DNA of 64,000 nt from Candidatus Altiarchaeales archaeon (GTDB lineage Archaea > Altiarchaeota > Altiarchaeia > IMC4 > SCGC-AAA252-I15). Made by a program: the position numbers and the translations under genes. The stretch covers positions 224,001 through 288,000 of the forward strand of contig WJMO01000006.1 in NCBI GenBank assembly GCA_014727915.1. The letters run 5' to 3'. This document shows positions 27,098 through 36,420 of the stretch, in pieces; position 1 is the first letter of the stretch; each line of letters opens with the position of its first letter. The notes beneath the pieces are model-generated. The model did not search any database. It had not been told where the DNA came from and saw nothing but the letters and a program-made list of their open reading frames with translations.

Positions 27098-27813
27098 TTC
27101 GCTCTTTTCGATCTTGATTTTAGGAATTCGGTGACCCTGTCCGTCAGACCGGATGTCTGGGCCTCCGCCTCCACCTTCTTTATGGCCTCCACGGCCAGGT
27201 TAACGTCCCCGTCCTTTATCCATATGAGGCCGTTCTGCCCCACCGATATCTTGGAGCCCGTGTAGTCTCGTATCAGGTTGATCATTGACTTCTTCTTCCC
27301 TATGACACGCGGCACTCGCATGGGCTTAACCCTGATAACCTTACCCACTCCGAGCTTCCGGGGGCCGACCACCTTGGCTTCCTTGACCTCGTCCACATGG
27401 GATATCTTGGCGCTTACCAGGTCGCCGACCTCGAACGTCTCGGGCTTTTCCATCCTCGGGCCGCCCCTGTTTCCTCTTCCACCGCCTCTGTCCCTGTTTC
27501 CTCTGCCGCCAGCCCTGCCCCTGAAGCCGCCATTCCGGTCAGGCTTCAAAACGCAGATGTACGGGCCGTCAACGTCCATGAAGTAGACTCCCCCAAAGTC
27601 ATTGGTGATAACACCGATTACCATGTCCCCTGGCTTGGGGGTATAGGCTCCGTTGGAGGGTATGATGGATACCCTGTCTCCATTCACGCGGGCAAGGCCC
27701 CTCACCAGCGAGTATCCGCTCTCGCCCTCACTGACGCACAGCCCTTCGCATCGGACTCCCTGCCCTAGCAGCTCTCCCGGGACCACGATGTCCCTGTCTT
27801 TCACGTTAATCAT
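27094..27813 (-). CDS. rrp4: Exosome complex RNA-binding protein Rrp4
   Basis: [17 protein letters not shown] (S1), [10 protein letters not shown] and VGQNGLIW; carries an RGG-rich insertion. Confidence 0.94.
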   Translation of the reverse strand: MINVKDRDIVVPGELLGQGVRCEGLCVSEGESGYSLVRGLARVNGDRVSIIPSNGAYTPKPGDMVIGVITNDFGGVYFMDVDGPYICVLKPDRNGGFRGRAGGRGNRDRGGGRGNRGGPRMEKPETFEVGDLVSAKISHVDEVKEAKVVGPRKLGVGKVIRVKPMRVPRVIGKKKSMINLIRDYTGSKISVGQNGLIWIKDGDVNLAVEAIKKVEAEAQTSGLTDRVTEFLKSRSKRAK

Positions 27814-28504
27814 GTTTAACGACCTTCGTCTTCACTTCGCCGTGAGTCATGCTGTTGAGCCTGCTGTAGAACTCGTCCTGCATTCCGGCCGGTATCTCGA
27901 CTAGGCAGAACTGCTCTCCCCCGACCCAGTCCTCCTTCTTGACCTCCCCGAACTCTCTGAGCACATTGTACATCTTCCCAGAGTACTCTGGGGGTATCTT
28001 AACAGCGACCTCCAATTTCTCGAACTTGATGGGTATGAGGGGCTTCAAGGCCTTGAGCACCTTTTCGACCTGCTCGTTCGCGGACTTTGAGATTGTTATC
28101 TCAGCCCTTGCTTCCTCCATAGCGGACATTATCCGCTGGAGGGGGTGGGGCTTCCCCGTCTGGGGGTTAACCGCATTCATGGATATGATGGACGCGACCT
28201 GCTTCCTCCGGTCCTCCATCATATGCTTCTTCTGCTCGGTCGTCAGGTGCAGGTCTCCCTTGGAGATTATCTCCTTGAAGACCGACTCCATGTCATCGAC
28301 CTTGAAGAGTTCCATCAGATGCTCTTCACTGGCCTTGTCTCCTGCCTTAGCATCCTTGAAAACGTGGTCCGCAGCCAGGACTTCCGATAGTTCGACGTCG
28401 TCGCCGCTCTTGAACTCCAATACCTTGTCGGGGTCCACGTATACTTCGTAGTTTTCCCCGTGGGTCTTGAGGCGTATGATTATAGCATCATCCAAGCTGA
28501 CCAT
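27806..28504 (-). CDS. Ribosome assembly factor SBDS (Sdo1)
   Basis: MVSLDDAII, VFKDAKAGDKAS, LTTEQK, NPQTGKPHP and EIPAG. Confidence 0.95.
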   Translation of the reverse strand: MVSLDDAIIIRLKTHGENYEVYVDPDKVLEFKSGDDVELSEVLAADHVFKDAKAGDKASEEHLMELFKVDDMESVFKEIISKGDLHLTTEQKKHMMEDRRKQVASIISMNAVNPQTGKPHPLQRIMSAMEEARAEITISKSANEQVEKVLKALKPLIPIKFEKLEVAVKIPPEYSGKMYNVLREFGEVKKEDWVGGEQFCLVEIPAGMQDEFYSRLNSMTHGEVKTKVVKHD

Positions 28505-28542
28505 CTAAATGTCACCCCACCGGTGGAATCGCACAAAATTGG

Positions 28543-29289
28543 CTACTCTCCCTTGCCATCCTGTGAGTCAAGTTCCTTTCCCAGGTGCTTAATTGATTCT
28601 GAAATCTCATCTACTGTGACAGCGGAGTATTTTCCTCCGACCTCGATAGTTATCATGTCCACGTTCTCCGCCTTTATCTTGCCCTCTGAAACGCTGTTCA
28701 ACGATATGATAGCGAGGTTAACGGCGTCCTTCCGAGGCATCTTCTCCTTGAACTTCTCCTCCAGCAGCTTCTCCACCTCCCTCTTGCCCATGCCTATGGC
28801 ACCTGCCGTGAACTCGGTGAAGGCGCCGCTGGGGTCTGTCTCGAAGAGGTGTGGCTTGTCGTTCACGCCCGCGATCAACAGCGCGGTCCCGAAGGGCCTG
28901 GCGCCCCCGTACTGTGTGTAAGCCTGCTTTATGTCGCAGAGGTCCCTCGTGAGTGCTGACACGCTTATGGACTCGCTGTATACGAGCCGGTTCCGCTGGG
29001 CCCGCACCCTCGCATCCTCGACTAGCCTCCTGGCGTCCGCGACCAACCCGGAGGTTGCCACGCCTATGTGCTCGTCTATCTGGAATATCTTCTCGATGCT
29101 CTTGGGGACTATCAGCTTGCTGGAGACGTTCTTGTCCACAGCCAATAGAACGCCCTTGTCATATATCAAGCCCACGGCTGTCGTGCCCCTCTTCACAGCC
29201 TCCCGGGCGTATTCCACCTGGAAAAGCCGTCCGTCAGGGCTGAAAACCGTAATCGCGCGGTCATATGCCGCAGGACCTTGAGGATACAT
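28543..29289 (-). CDS. psmA: Proteasome subunit alpha
   Basis: YDRAITVFSPDGRLFQVEYA signature. Confidence 0.98.
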   Translation of the reverse strand: MYPQGPAAYDRAITVFSPDGRLFQVEYAREAVKRGTTAVGLIYDKGVLLAVDKNVSSKLIVPKSIEKIFQIDEHIGVATSGLVADARRLVEDARVRAQRNRLVYSESISVSALTRDLCDIKQAYTQYGGARPFGTALLIAGVNDKPHLFETDPSGAFTEFTAGAIGMGKREVEKLLEEKFKEKMPRKDAVNLAIISLNSVSEGKIKAENVDMITIEVGGKYSAVTVDEISESIKHLGKELDSQDGKGE

Positions 29290-29357
29290 TATTATCAGGC
29301 CTCTGTTACCTCTTCTCTAAGTACCAAAACAATATGGAGTTAGCCTTTAAAAACAAC

Positions 29358-29855
29358 CTATCCGAAGATGTCCCGTGCAATGTTCAGCCGGTCGGGAACT
29401 GTCTTGCCCTCGGCATGCTCGTAGCCCTTGGTTTCGCCCACATACTCGAGTATGTCGCTCACATGGGCTCCTGTCAGGCTGGCGGACTGGGTTAGGGATA
29501 TCCCCCTGCTGTGCATCCGGCTGGCCATCTTGATCCGCGCCTTCCAGACAAGACCCCCCTCGAAGAGGCCGTGGTCGCTGTCGAAGTCGTCCACGTCGGA
29601 GAGTATGCCTTCCAGGTCTCCTGCGGACAGCTTCTTCAACGCCGACTCGACCAGGGCTTCGGTCTTCTCCCGGAAGTGCATCTTTATGAATATCTTGTGG
29701 AAGCAGTAGGTTATCATGGAGAGCTTCACAATCTCCTCCTCTTGCGTAACAGCGGCCTTGTCGCTGTAATGCCCTGCAAGCTCCCTCAGCTTCACCGAGT
29801 CCTCTTTGGATATGGCATCCAATACCTCATTCAACCTGTTCATCCTAGGCTCCAA
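29358..29855 (-). CDS. Hypothetical protein
   Basis: 165 aa helical ORF overlapping the upstream gene; C-terminal HTH-like segment (GISLTQSASLTG...LEYVGET). Confidence 0.7.
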   Translation of the reverse strand: MEPRMNRLNEVLDAISKEDSVKLRELAGHYSDKAAVTQEEEIVKLSMITYCFHKIFIKMHFREKTEALVESALKKLSAGDLEGILSDVDDFDSDHGLFEGGLVWKARIKMASRMHSRGISLTQSASLTGAHVSDILEYVGETKGYEHAEGKTVPDRLNIARDIFG

Positions 29856-30736
29856 CCGAACCGGTCCTTCAGCACCTGGTAGGCTGCTTCAGGCGGTATG
29901 ACACCGTCTTCGGTCACGATCATGTTAACGTGCTCTTTGGGGGTTATGTCGAATGCTGGGTTGAAGACTTTCACCCCGGGGAGTTCAGCGACCTCCGAGG
30001 CGTCCCTCTCCTCTATCTCGACTACTTCCCCGTGAACGCTGAAGGGGGAGAACTTTATGCTGCTCGTGCAGACTATGAACTCGGCTCCCGAGTGCTTGGC
30101 TGTCAATGCGACCTGGCTGGTTCCGATCTTGTTAATGACATCGCCGTTCGAATACACTGTGTCGGCTCCGACAAACACCTTCTTCACGTCCTTGTGTATC
30201 ATAGTATGGTATGCCGCGCTGTCCACGATCAGAGTCACGTCTACGCCCGTGGCCTGCAGGTCTTTGACGGTTATGTGGCCCTGGAGTCTGGGCCGGGTCT
30301 CGCAGGCGTACACCTTGAATCTCTTGCCATCAGCCCATGCCCGCTTCATTATCTCAGTTACCGTGTGGCTGTTGCATATCGTGAGGAGCACGTCACCTTC
30401 TTCGATTAGGTTCGCCCCGTACTCTGCAATCTTGTCGAGGGAGCCTTCCAACTTGGATATGAAGTCGGATATGTCCGCCAACAGCATGGGCTTGGCGACC
30501 ACCGGGTCGTTGTCTTTGTGGGATTCCGCGAGGTGCAGTACGTAGTTGATGGAATTAGGCAGTGAAACCGCAGTTGGCCTGGCGTCCCTCAGGACGTCAC
30601 CTGCCCTGACCAGCTCATCATAGGATGCGCCGTTGACTAACTCCTCCTCCAATGCCCTGGCTGCCTCTACCGCGATTCGCAATGCACCGCGGACTTCCAT
30701 GGAGTTTATCTTTTCCGCAGTCTCAGAGACGGACAT
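29840..30736 (-). CDS. eIF-2B-like family protein, probably ribose-1,5-bisphosphate isomerase
   Basis: MEVRGA, RPTAVSLPN, TICNS, ETRP, VGAD, NKIGT and NPAFD. Confidence 0.85.
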   Translation of the reverse strand: MSVSETAEKINSMEVRGALRIAVEAARALEEELVNGASYDELVRAGDVLRDARPTAVSLPNSINYVLHLAESHKDNDPVVAKPMLLADISDFISKLEGSLDKIAEYGANLIEEGDVLLTICNSHTVTEIMKRAWADGKRFKVYACETRPRLQGHITVKDLQATGVDVTLIVDSAAYHTMIHKDVKKVFVGADTVYSNGDVINKIGTSQVALTAKHSGAEFIVCTSSIKFSPFSVHGEVVEIEERDASEVAELPGVKVFNPAFDITPKEHVNMIVTEDGVIPPEAAYQVLKDRFGWSLG

Positions 30737-30762
30737 GGTAAAATATATGTTTAATACTAATA

Positions 30763-32670
30763 ATGACTATGGGTGGTGGAAAAAGGGGGAACCGCGATAG
30801 CTCGCGGGCGGATTATGCCCTGCCGCTGGTATCGGTCGCTTTGGCCTATCTCCTGCTCACCTTCTTCCAGAGCCCGGGATACCAGTACCGGAACATAAGG
30901 TGCATAGACTACCTCCTAGGGGGGACATTGTATGATGGGCAGCCGGAGTGCGTGCAGCCCCCGACCGTATACTTGGCAGGGGCGGTCTTCTCCAAGATGG
31001 GTATGCTGCAGCCACTGTCGAACGCCTTCATACTGTTGTTGAACGCGGTCTGCCTGCACACCATGCTCAAGCTCATAGGAAGGGCGGATTTCAAGGTCAG
31101 GGCAGTCGTGTCGGCTGTTTACTGCCTTCTAGTGGTGCCTTTGATGCTGGGCGAGCTGGAGACCGCCTTCGCCTGCGCTTTCATGATGGGCGGCGTCTAC
31201 TACTTCTTCAAGGGTGATGATGCAAAGGGCAGGCTCGTATCGTCCACGCTGCTCGCGTTGGCGCTCATGTCCAAGGTCACGGTCCTGTCCGCTGTGGCGG
31301 CGCTGTTCTCCCTGATGGTCATAGAGCACATTAGACGAGGGTGGGAGAGCGACGACTGGGAGTATGAGACACGGCTTGCAGTTAGGGATTCGCTCCTGTT
31401 CATCGGCCCGTTAATGACGGCTTTCATCATCATGAAGCTGTTGTTCCCACAGTTCCTCGTATACACTCTGCTTAGCCACGCGCACAGCGAACAACTTGGC
31501 TACTTGGAGGCCATCACAGGGATAGTGGGTACGGACCCGTTCTCGGACTGTGACCTTTTCGTCTTCTATGTCTTCACTGCCGGCGTGGGAGCCTACTTCC
31601 TAAGGTCACGGGATGATTACGCTATGCTCTATCTGGTATCGTCTGTCGTTACGTTCGTAGCGAGGTACAAGCCCATGGGAACCACCCCCGACATATTCGG
31701 GTCAAAATACGTCGTATATCCACTGTTCTTCCTTATACTGGTGGTTGGAAGGCACCTTACAAGTTTGAGGGGTGCTATGAGGTCGCGGGCGGCTGCTCTA
31801 CTGGTGGTTGGCGCGATGCTGATGGGCTCCTTCCACGTGCACGGACATCCGACCGTCAGGGAGGGCGTGTCCAGGCTGGCTGGCGGATACGACGGCCTCC
31901 AGGTTGAAGTGGCGGGTTTGAAGGAGACCTTCGACAGGTTCTACACGTTCCTGCCCCGGAACAGGGGCATAGTCCTGGTCAACGATGAGATATACCAGCT
32001 GCTAGTAGAGCAGGACACGCCCATAAAATTGGAGTATGTGGAGAACAGGAACAACCCCCCGGACTTGAGCAGGAACGTGGACTTGGGATTCGCGCCCGGC
32101 CTGGAACACTATGGGGCCGTTGAGGACAAGTTCTTCGACTTGACCGAGGAAGAATACCAGCTGGCGCGGAGGATCGAGTCGGGGGAGTTTGAGATGATAT
32201 TCTTCGGCCCGAAGTCCTGGGATTCCCAGATAAACTATGCGTTCAAGAACGCCAGCAGGGAGAGCACCGAGGGGTACTGTATCATATTCCTGCCCGCATT
32301 CAACGACGTGAAGACCATCAGGCACTGGTCCACGATGATATTCAACGAGACCAGCTACTGTGACGACCTCAGGGACAGGAGCTTCAAGTACGCTTACGAG
32401 ATATTCGACGGCGTCTGCGAGAAGGACCAGTGGGCTGCTGATTACTTGCTGGGGAGTGTGATGTCCATGAACTTCGTGGAAATGGACGGCAGAAGGGCGA
32501 ATATAAAGCTGAGCAAGAAGTGCGTCGGAGGGGGGGACCTGATAGACCGGATGCACAGCGTGGGTTCGGGGGAGATGATAAGGACTCCTGCCTTGATCTT
32601 CCTGGTGCTGGCCTGGACCGCCGTGCACATGCAGGGGAAAGGCGGTAAGCGAAGGAAGAAGAGGTCTTGA
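30763..32670 (+). CDS. Polytopic membrane protein, probable GT-C fold glycosyltransferase
   Basis: About 10 TM segments, an LY...QPP..Y first loop and LALMSK, then a large extracellular C-terminal domain with a terminal TM helix and basic tail. Confidence 0.6.
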   Translation: MTMGGGKRGNRDSSRADYALPLVSVALAYLLLTFFQSPGYQYRNIRCIDYLLGGTLYDGQPECVQPPTVYLAGAVFSKMGMLQPLSNAFILLLNAVCLHTMLKLIGRADFKVRAVVSAVYCLLVVPLMLGELETAFACAFMMGGVYYFFKGDDAKGRLVSSTLLALALMSKVTVLSAVAALFSLMVIEHIRRGWESDDWEYETRLAVRDSLLFIGPLMTAFIIMKLLFPQFLVYTLLSHAHSEQLGYLEAITGIVGTDPFSDCDLFVFYVFTAGVGAYFLRSRDDYAMLYLVSSVVTFVARYKPMGTTPDIFGSKYVVYPLFFLILVVGRHLTSLRGAMRSRAAALLVVGAMLMGSFHVHGHPTVREGVSRLAGGYDGLQVEVAGLKETFDRFYTFLPRNRGIVLVNDEIYQLLVEQDTPIKLEYVENRNNPPDLSRNVDLGFAPGLEHYGAVEDKFFDLTEEEYQLARRIESGEFEMIFFGPKSWDSQINYAFKNASRESTEGYCIIFLPAFNDVKTIRHWSTMIFNETSYCDDLRDRSFKYAYEIFDGVCEKDQWAADYLLGSVMSMNFVEMDGRRANIKLSKKCVGGGDLIDRMHSVGSGEMIRTPALIFLVLAWTAVHMQGKGGKRRKKRS

Positions 32671-32700
32671 TTTTTATCGCTGCCTTAGCATATTGATTAC

Positions 32701-33771
32701 GTGAAGTCAGAGCTTTCTAGCGTCGACCTGAAATTCCTGGTCAGGGAGTTGAGGGAACTTCTGGTGGGAGCGAGGGTTGACAGGGTCTATCAGGTGGGTG
32801 AGCGGGAGCTTGCCTTCAGAATGTACGGGAAGGGCGGTTTGGATTTCATTTCGGCTTCTAACTTCATGTGCGTTACAAAGTACAGGAGGCCTGCTCCCAG
32901 GCAGCCCAGCTCGTTCGCGATGCAGCTGAGGAAGAACCTGAAGGGAAAGTCGGTAAGGGATGTGAGACAGCACGGGTTCGACCGTATAGTGGAGGTGAAA
33001 TTCGACGAGCACATCCTGGTGTTCGAGCTCTTCAGCAAGGGCAATGTCATACTATGCGACAGTGGGATGAAGATCATGGGTTTGCTGGACTGGCAGAAGT
33101 GGAGGGACCGGACCCTCGGCGTCGGTAGGGTATACGAGTACCCCCCGCCCGTGAAAGACCCCCAACTCGTGGACGAGGACGGTTTCAGGGAGGTGATGTC
33201 ATCATCCGAGAAGGGTGTTGCGTCTACGCTGGCCACCAGGTTCAGTCTTGGAGGGTACTATGCGGAGAAAGTCTGCGGCGATGCTGGGATAGACCCGGGA
33301 GCAGCATATGATGAGGTGGACCATGGAATGCTGTGGAGGGCCTTCCAGGATTTCATAGACTCGCTGGAGGCGGATGCCAACCCTGTCTTGGAGGAGGATA
33401 ACGTCCTGCCGTTTGGAGGGGGTGAGAACAGGTTCCATAGCTTTAACGAGGCGGTAGACGAGTACTTCAGCAGGATGGAAAGGGAGGATAAGGAGTTCAA
33501 GGTCGAAGCTGGGATAGAATCAAAACGTGAGAGGCTGGAGAAGCAGCTGGAGAACCAGTTGAGAGCCTATGAGGAGGCTTCCTCCGGTGTAGACGAGGAG
33601 AGGGCGAAGGGCGACCGCTTATACCAGAGGATGTCAGAGCTTAACCTCGCATTGGACAGGATCAGGGAGCTGAAGAGGAAAGGCTTGGACGATGAGGACA
33701 TAATGGAGGAGCTCAAAGACATGGGGTTCATAAAGGGTTTGGAAGGCCACAGGCTCAAGTTGGATTTATAG
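32701..33771 (+). CDS. NFACT (Rqc2/RqcH-like) family protein, C-terminally short
   Basis: LSSVDL, FAMQLRKNL, FDRIV, ELFSKGNVIL, GGYYAE and SFNEAVDEYF, then a coiled coil. No NFACT-R domain. Confidence 0.85.
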   Translation: MKSELSSVDLKFLVRELRELLVGARVDRVYQVGERELAFRMYGKGGLDFISASNFMCVTKYRRPAPRQPSSFAMQLRKNLKGKSVRDVRQHGFDRIVEVKFDEHILVFELFSKGNVILCDSGMKIMGLLDWQKWRDRTLGVGRVYEYPPPVKDPQLVDEDGFREVMSSSEKGVASTLATRFSLGGYYAEKVCGDAGIDPGAAYDEVDHGMLWRAFQDFIDSLEADANPVLEEDNVLPFGGGENRFHSFNEAVDEYFSRMEREDKEFKVEAGIESKRERLEKQLENQLRAYEEASSGVDEERAKGDRLYQRMSELNLALDRIRELKRKGLDDEDIMEELKDMGFIKGLEGHRLKLDL

Positions 33772-34098
33772 CTAGTAGGTCGCTGAGCTGATGCACTTGC
33801 TGAACATCCACTCGTCGTTTTTTATCCTCTGGCATAGGTTCGGGTCGCCGGCGCAGTCGGCAACCTTGTAGATGCACTGATTGTATAGGCCCTCTTCCAG
33901 TATTTCCTCGCAGAGCCTGAAGTCACACTTCGATAGGGCTATCCTGGAGTAGCAGTTCTCCCTTGGCATGCTGGGCTCGATCTCGTTGCAGGCCTGGAGT
34001 TCCGGCCTTTTTGACAATGTTTCATGCCTGCCCTCGGCGGTTGATTCCATGCAACCGCACGCGAGAATCAGACTCAGCAGTATAAATGCTGATTTCAA
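33772..34098 (-). CDS. Lipoprotein with Cys-rich repeats
   Basis: Lipobox ACGC; CNEI...RENCY..IA....D..LCEEI...NQCI..VA...D..LC. Start codon approximate. Confidence 0.75.
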   Translation of the reverse strand: MKSAFILLSLILACGCMESTAEGRHETLSKRPELQACNEIEPSMPRENCYSRIALSKCDFRLCEEILEEGLYNQCIYKVADCAGDPNLCQRIKNDEWMFSKCISSATY

Positions 34099-34149
34099 TT
34101 AGACCACCACAGTCGATATATATTGAAATGAGGCGAATATAAAAGGGAT

Positions 34150-36411
34150 ATGAAGGTTGAGAGCCTGTTAAAGAAGAGCCTTTGGCATGTGGCTGCGGCT
34201 GCCTTCACGGTCTCGCTCGGGCTGAGGCTCGTTATCGGTTACGTGTTCCAATCCCATTTCGGTTGGCATTCGGTGAACCACCTGGAGACCTGGCTGTACA
34301 CGGGCGTGATGGAAGGCACCCATCTTACGGGATACCAGCTGCTGGACCCGACGGTCTGGCTGCTCAGAATCATTGGCATGGCAGTGCCCGACGGGCTAAG
34401 CCTATATGCGGTGATGTTCACCGCTGTAGTCCTGGCATCCCTGACAGCCGCTCTGATAACGGTTTTCATCGGAATGTTATACGACAAGAGAACAGGTTTT
34501 GTTGCTGGGCTCATCTACGGGGGCATGATAGAGCCTCTCGCGCTCAGCCTTTCAGGTTTCACACACGACCACATGCAATTGCCGATCGTGGTGGTCACAT
34601 TCATCATCGCGTTGAAAGCGGTTCGTTCCACGGGCCGGGAGAGGAGGGCCTGGGGTTTGGGCTACCTGGTTTTGGTGTTCATTGCAAGGTATGTGAACGA
34701 GATAGTATATGTGGGTGCGGGAGCGACTGCACTCTACATCTTCTATGAGGCCTTCAGACCATGGGTTGAGGACAGATACGGCAGGAAAACAGGTTCGAAG
34801 GTCTACCCCGCCATGATAGGGCTGCTTGTTTTGTCGCTGGTGTTCTTCACGAATGTGGTGCCTTTGATAACAGACTACCTGGTGGGTAAGATGGAAGCGC
34901 TGCCACAGGGGTGGGGCGGCAGCGCCGACGTTATGCCCCTTTCACTGATCACATTCTGGCTTAGATATAATATACTATTGTTCCTACTGCCCGCGGGCCT
35001 CGCTGCAGGATACAAGAGAAGGGACACATATGGGATCTCCCTGATGCTCTTCGGTTTTGTGATAGCCACAGTAATGGACCGGGGCACCAGGGTAAGCGAC
35101 GTGGGAGTGGCCATCCTGTCCGCCTATGCGATAGTCGACTGGAACCTCAAGCCCAGGAGGAAGCCCGGTTTCGTTAAGAGCCTGCCGGAGTTCATGAGAA
35201 GGAGGTACATGTGGTGGCTGACATCCCTGTATTCTGTCGGTTTGTTCGCTTTCATGAGCTCCTGGACCGTGCTCAGGACCGAGTACTTCATGATCTACAC
35301 GGCCGGGGGCGCGACCATATTGTACTCCCTCTACACGCTCAAGAAGGACAAGCTGCTCGTATACGCTGTCTCGACTGTGCTGTTGGTTGGTTTGATGGCC
35401 AACACGGCCTATGTTTACAACGTCGAACCCCGGAGGATAGTGACTGAGACAGAATACCAGGTCCTGCACTGGCTGGGAGAGAACAACCGCGGCGGGAAGG
35501 TGCTGGCAGGATGGGACAGGGGCTACATGGTGGAGGCAGTATCCGGTTTGGAGGCGGTCTCAACCCCACATCGGATAGACGAGGACGTGCATGAGATGCT
35601 CTGGTTCATCGACCGACACGCTGCCGTCAGCCTGAGGAAGGAGGGCGTCAGGTACGTCCTATTGAACAGCGAGAACTTCAACGTCATAGGTGACGGTGTG
35701 GACATGGCATACCGTCTGACTGGAGGACTGCTAATGGAGCCCGACAAGGTCCCGCCTATGGAGCTGACGAACAGGTTCACCATATACAAGCTCAGGACGA
35801 AGACCGCGGACAGGCACTTCAAGCTTTTGAAGGAGGAGCACGACCCAGTCACAGGCATGGACTTCCTGCTATATGAGATAACCGAAGAGCCTACGGAGGA
35901 GGAGATGACCAATTCCATGGTGAGCGCAGTAGCAGCCAACATAGGAAGCGACAAGATAGCGTTGATAGACGTGGAGCTGATAAGGCCCAACGGGAAGGTG
36001 TACAAGAGCACTACCAACGACACGTTCGAAGCCGGCGAAGTGAGGGAGGTGATGTACACCGGCCGTAAGAACTTCAGGGAATACGACTGCAGGCTGTCAG
36101 CCAGGCCGATCAAAGGCGAACTCTGGGGCTATGTGGGAGAGCTGACGTTCGTCAACAAGGCGGAGGCCAGGTACGTTGAGATAAGGGCCTTGCTCGTGGA
36201 GCGGCAGTCTGATACGGAAAGCGGCATATTCACGAAGGTGGTGCACTTCAAGGAAGGTCAGAAGAAGACCATACAGTACTCGTTCGAGAACGTGGACCCC
36301 GACAGGGAGTACATGCTCAGACTTGACCCGCGGGATGGGCTGGAGGTCATAGAGGACGAGTCAACACCGCCGACGGTGGAGGCGGTCATCTTCTTAGCCA
36401 CATTCTGCTAG
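34150..36411 (+). CDS. AglB/STT3-like oligosaccharyltransferase paralog with a non-canonical motif
   Basis: Many TM helices followed by WLGEN...KVLAGWDRGY (WWDYG position), GVRYVLL and C-terminal beta-rich domains. Confidence 0.7.
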   Translation: MKVESLLKKSLWHVAAAAFTVSLGLRLVIGYVFQSHFGWHSVNHLETWLYTGVMEGTHLTGYQLLDPTVWLLRIIGMAVPDGLSLYAVMFTAVVLASLTAALITVFIGMLYDKRTGFVAGLIYGGMIEPLALSLSGFTHDHMQLPIVVVTFIIALKAVRSTGRERRAWGLGYLVLVFIARYVNEIVYVGAGATALYIFYEAFRPWVEDRYGRKTGSKVYPAMIGLLVLSLVFFTNVVPLITDYLVGKMEALPQGWGGSADVMPLSLITFWLRYNILLFLLPAGLAAGYKRRDTYGISLMLFGFVIATVMDRGTRVSDVGVAILSAYAIVDWNLKPRRKPGFVKSLPEFMRRRYMWWLTSLYSVGLFAFMSSWTVLRTEYFMIYTAGGATILYSLYTLKKDKLLVYAVSTVLLVGLMANTAYVYNVEPRRIVTETEYQVLHWLGENNRGGKVLAGWDRGYMVEAVSGLEAVSTPHRIDEDVHEMLWFIDRHAAVSLRKEGVRYVLLNSENFNVIGDGVDMAYRLTGGLLMEPDKVPPMELTNRFTIYKLRTKTADRHFKLLKEEHDPVTGMDFLLYEITEEPTEEEMTNSMVSAVAANIGSDKIALIDVELIRPNGKVYKSTTNDTFEAGEVREVMYTGRKNFREYDCRLSARPIKGELWGYVGELTFVNKAEARYVEIRALLVERQSDTESGIFTKVVHFKEGQKKTIQYSFENVDPDREYMLRLDPRDGLEVIEDESTPPTVEAVIFLATFC

Positions 36412-36420
36412 AGCCGATTA

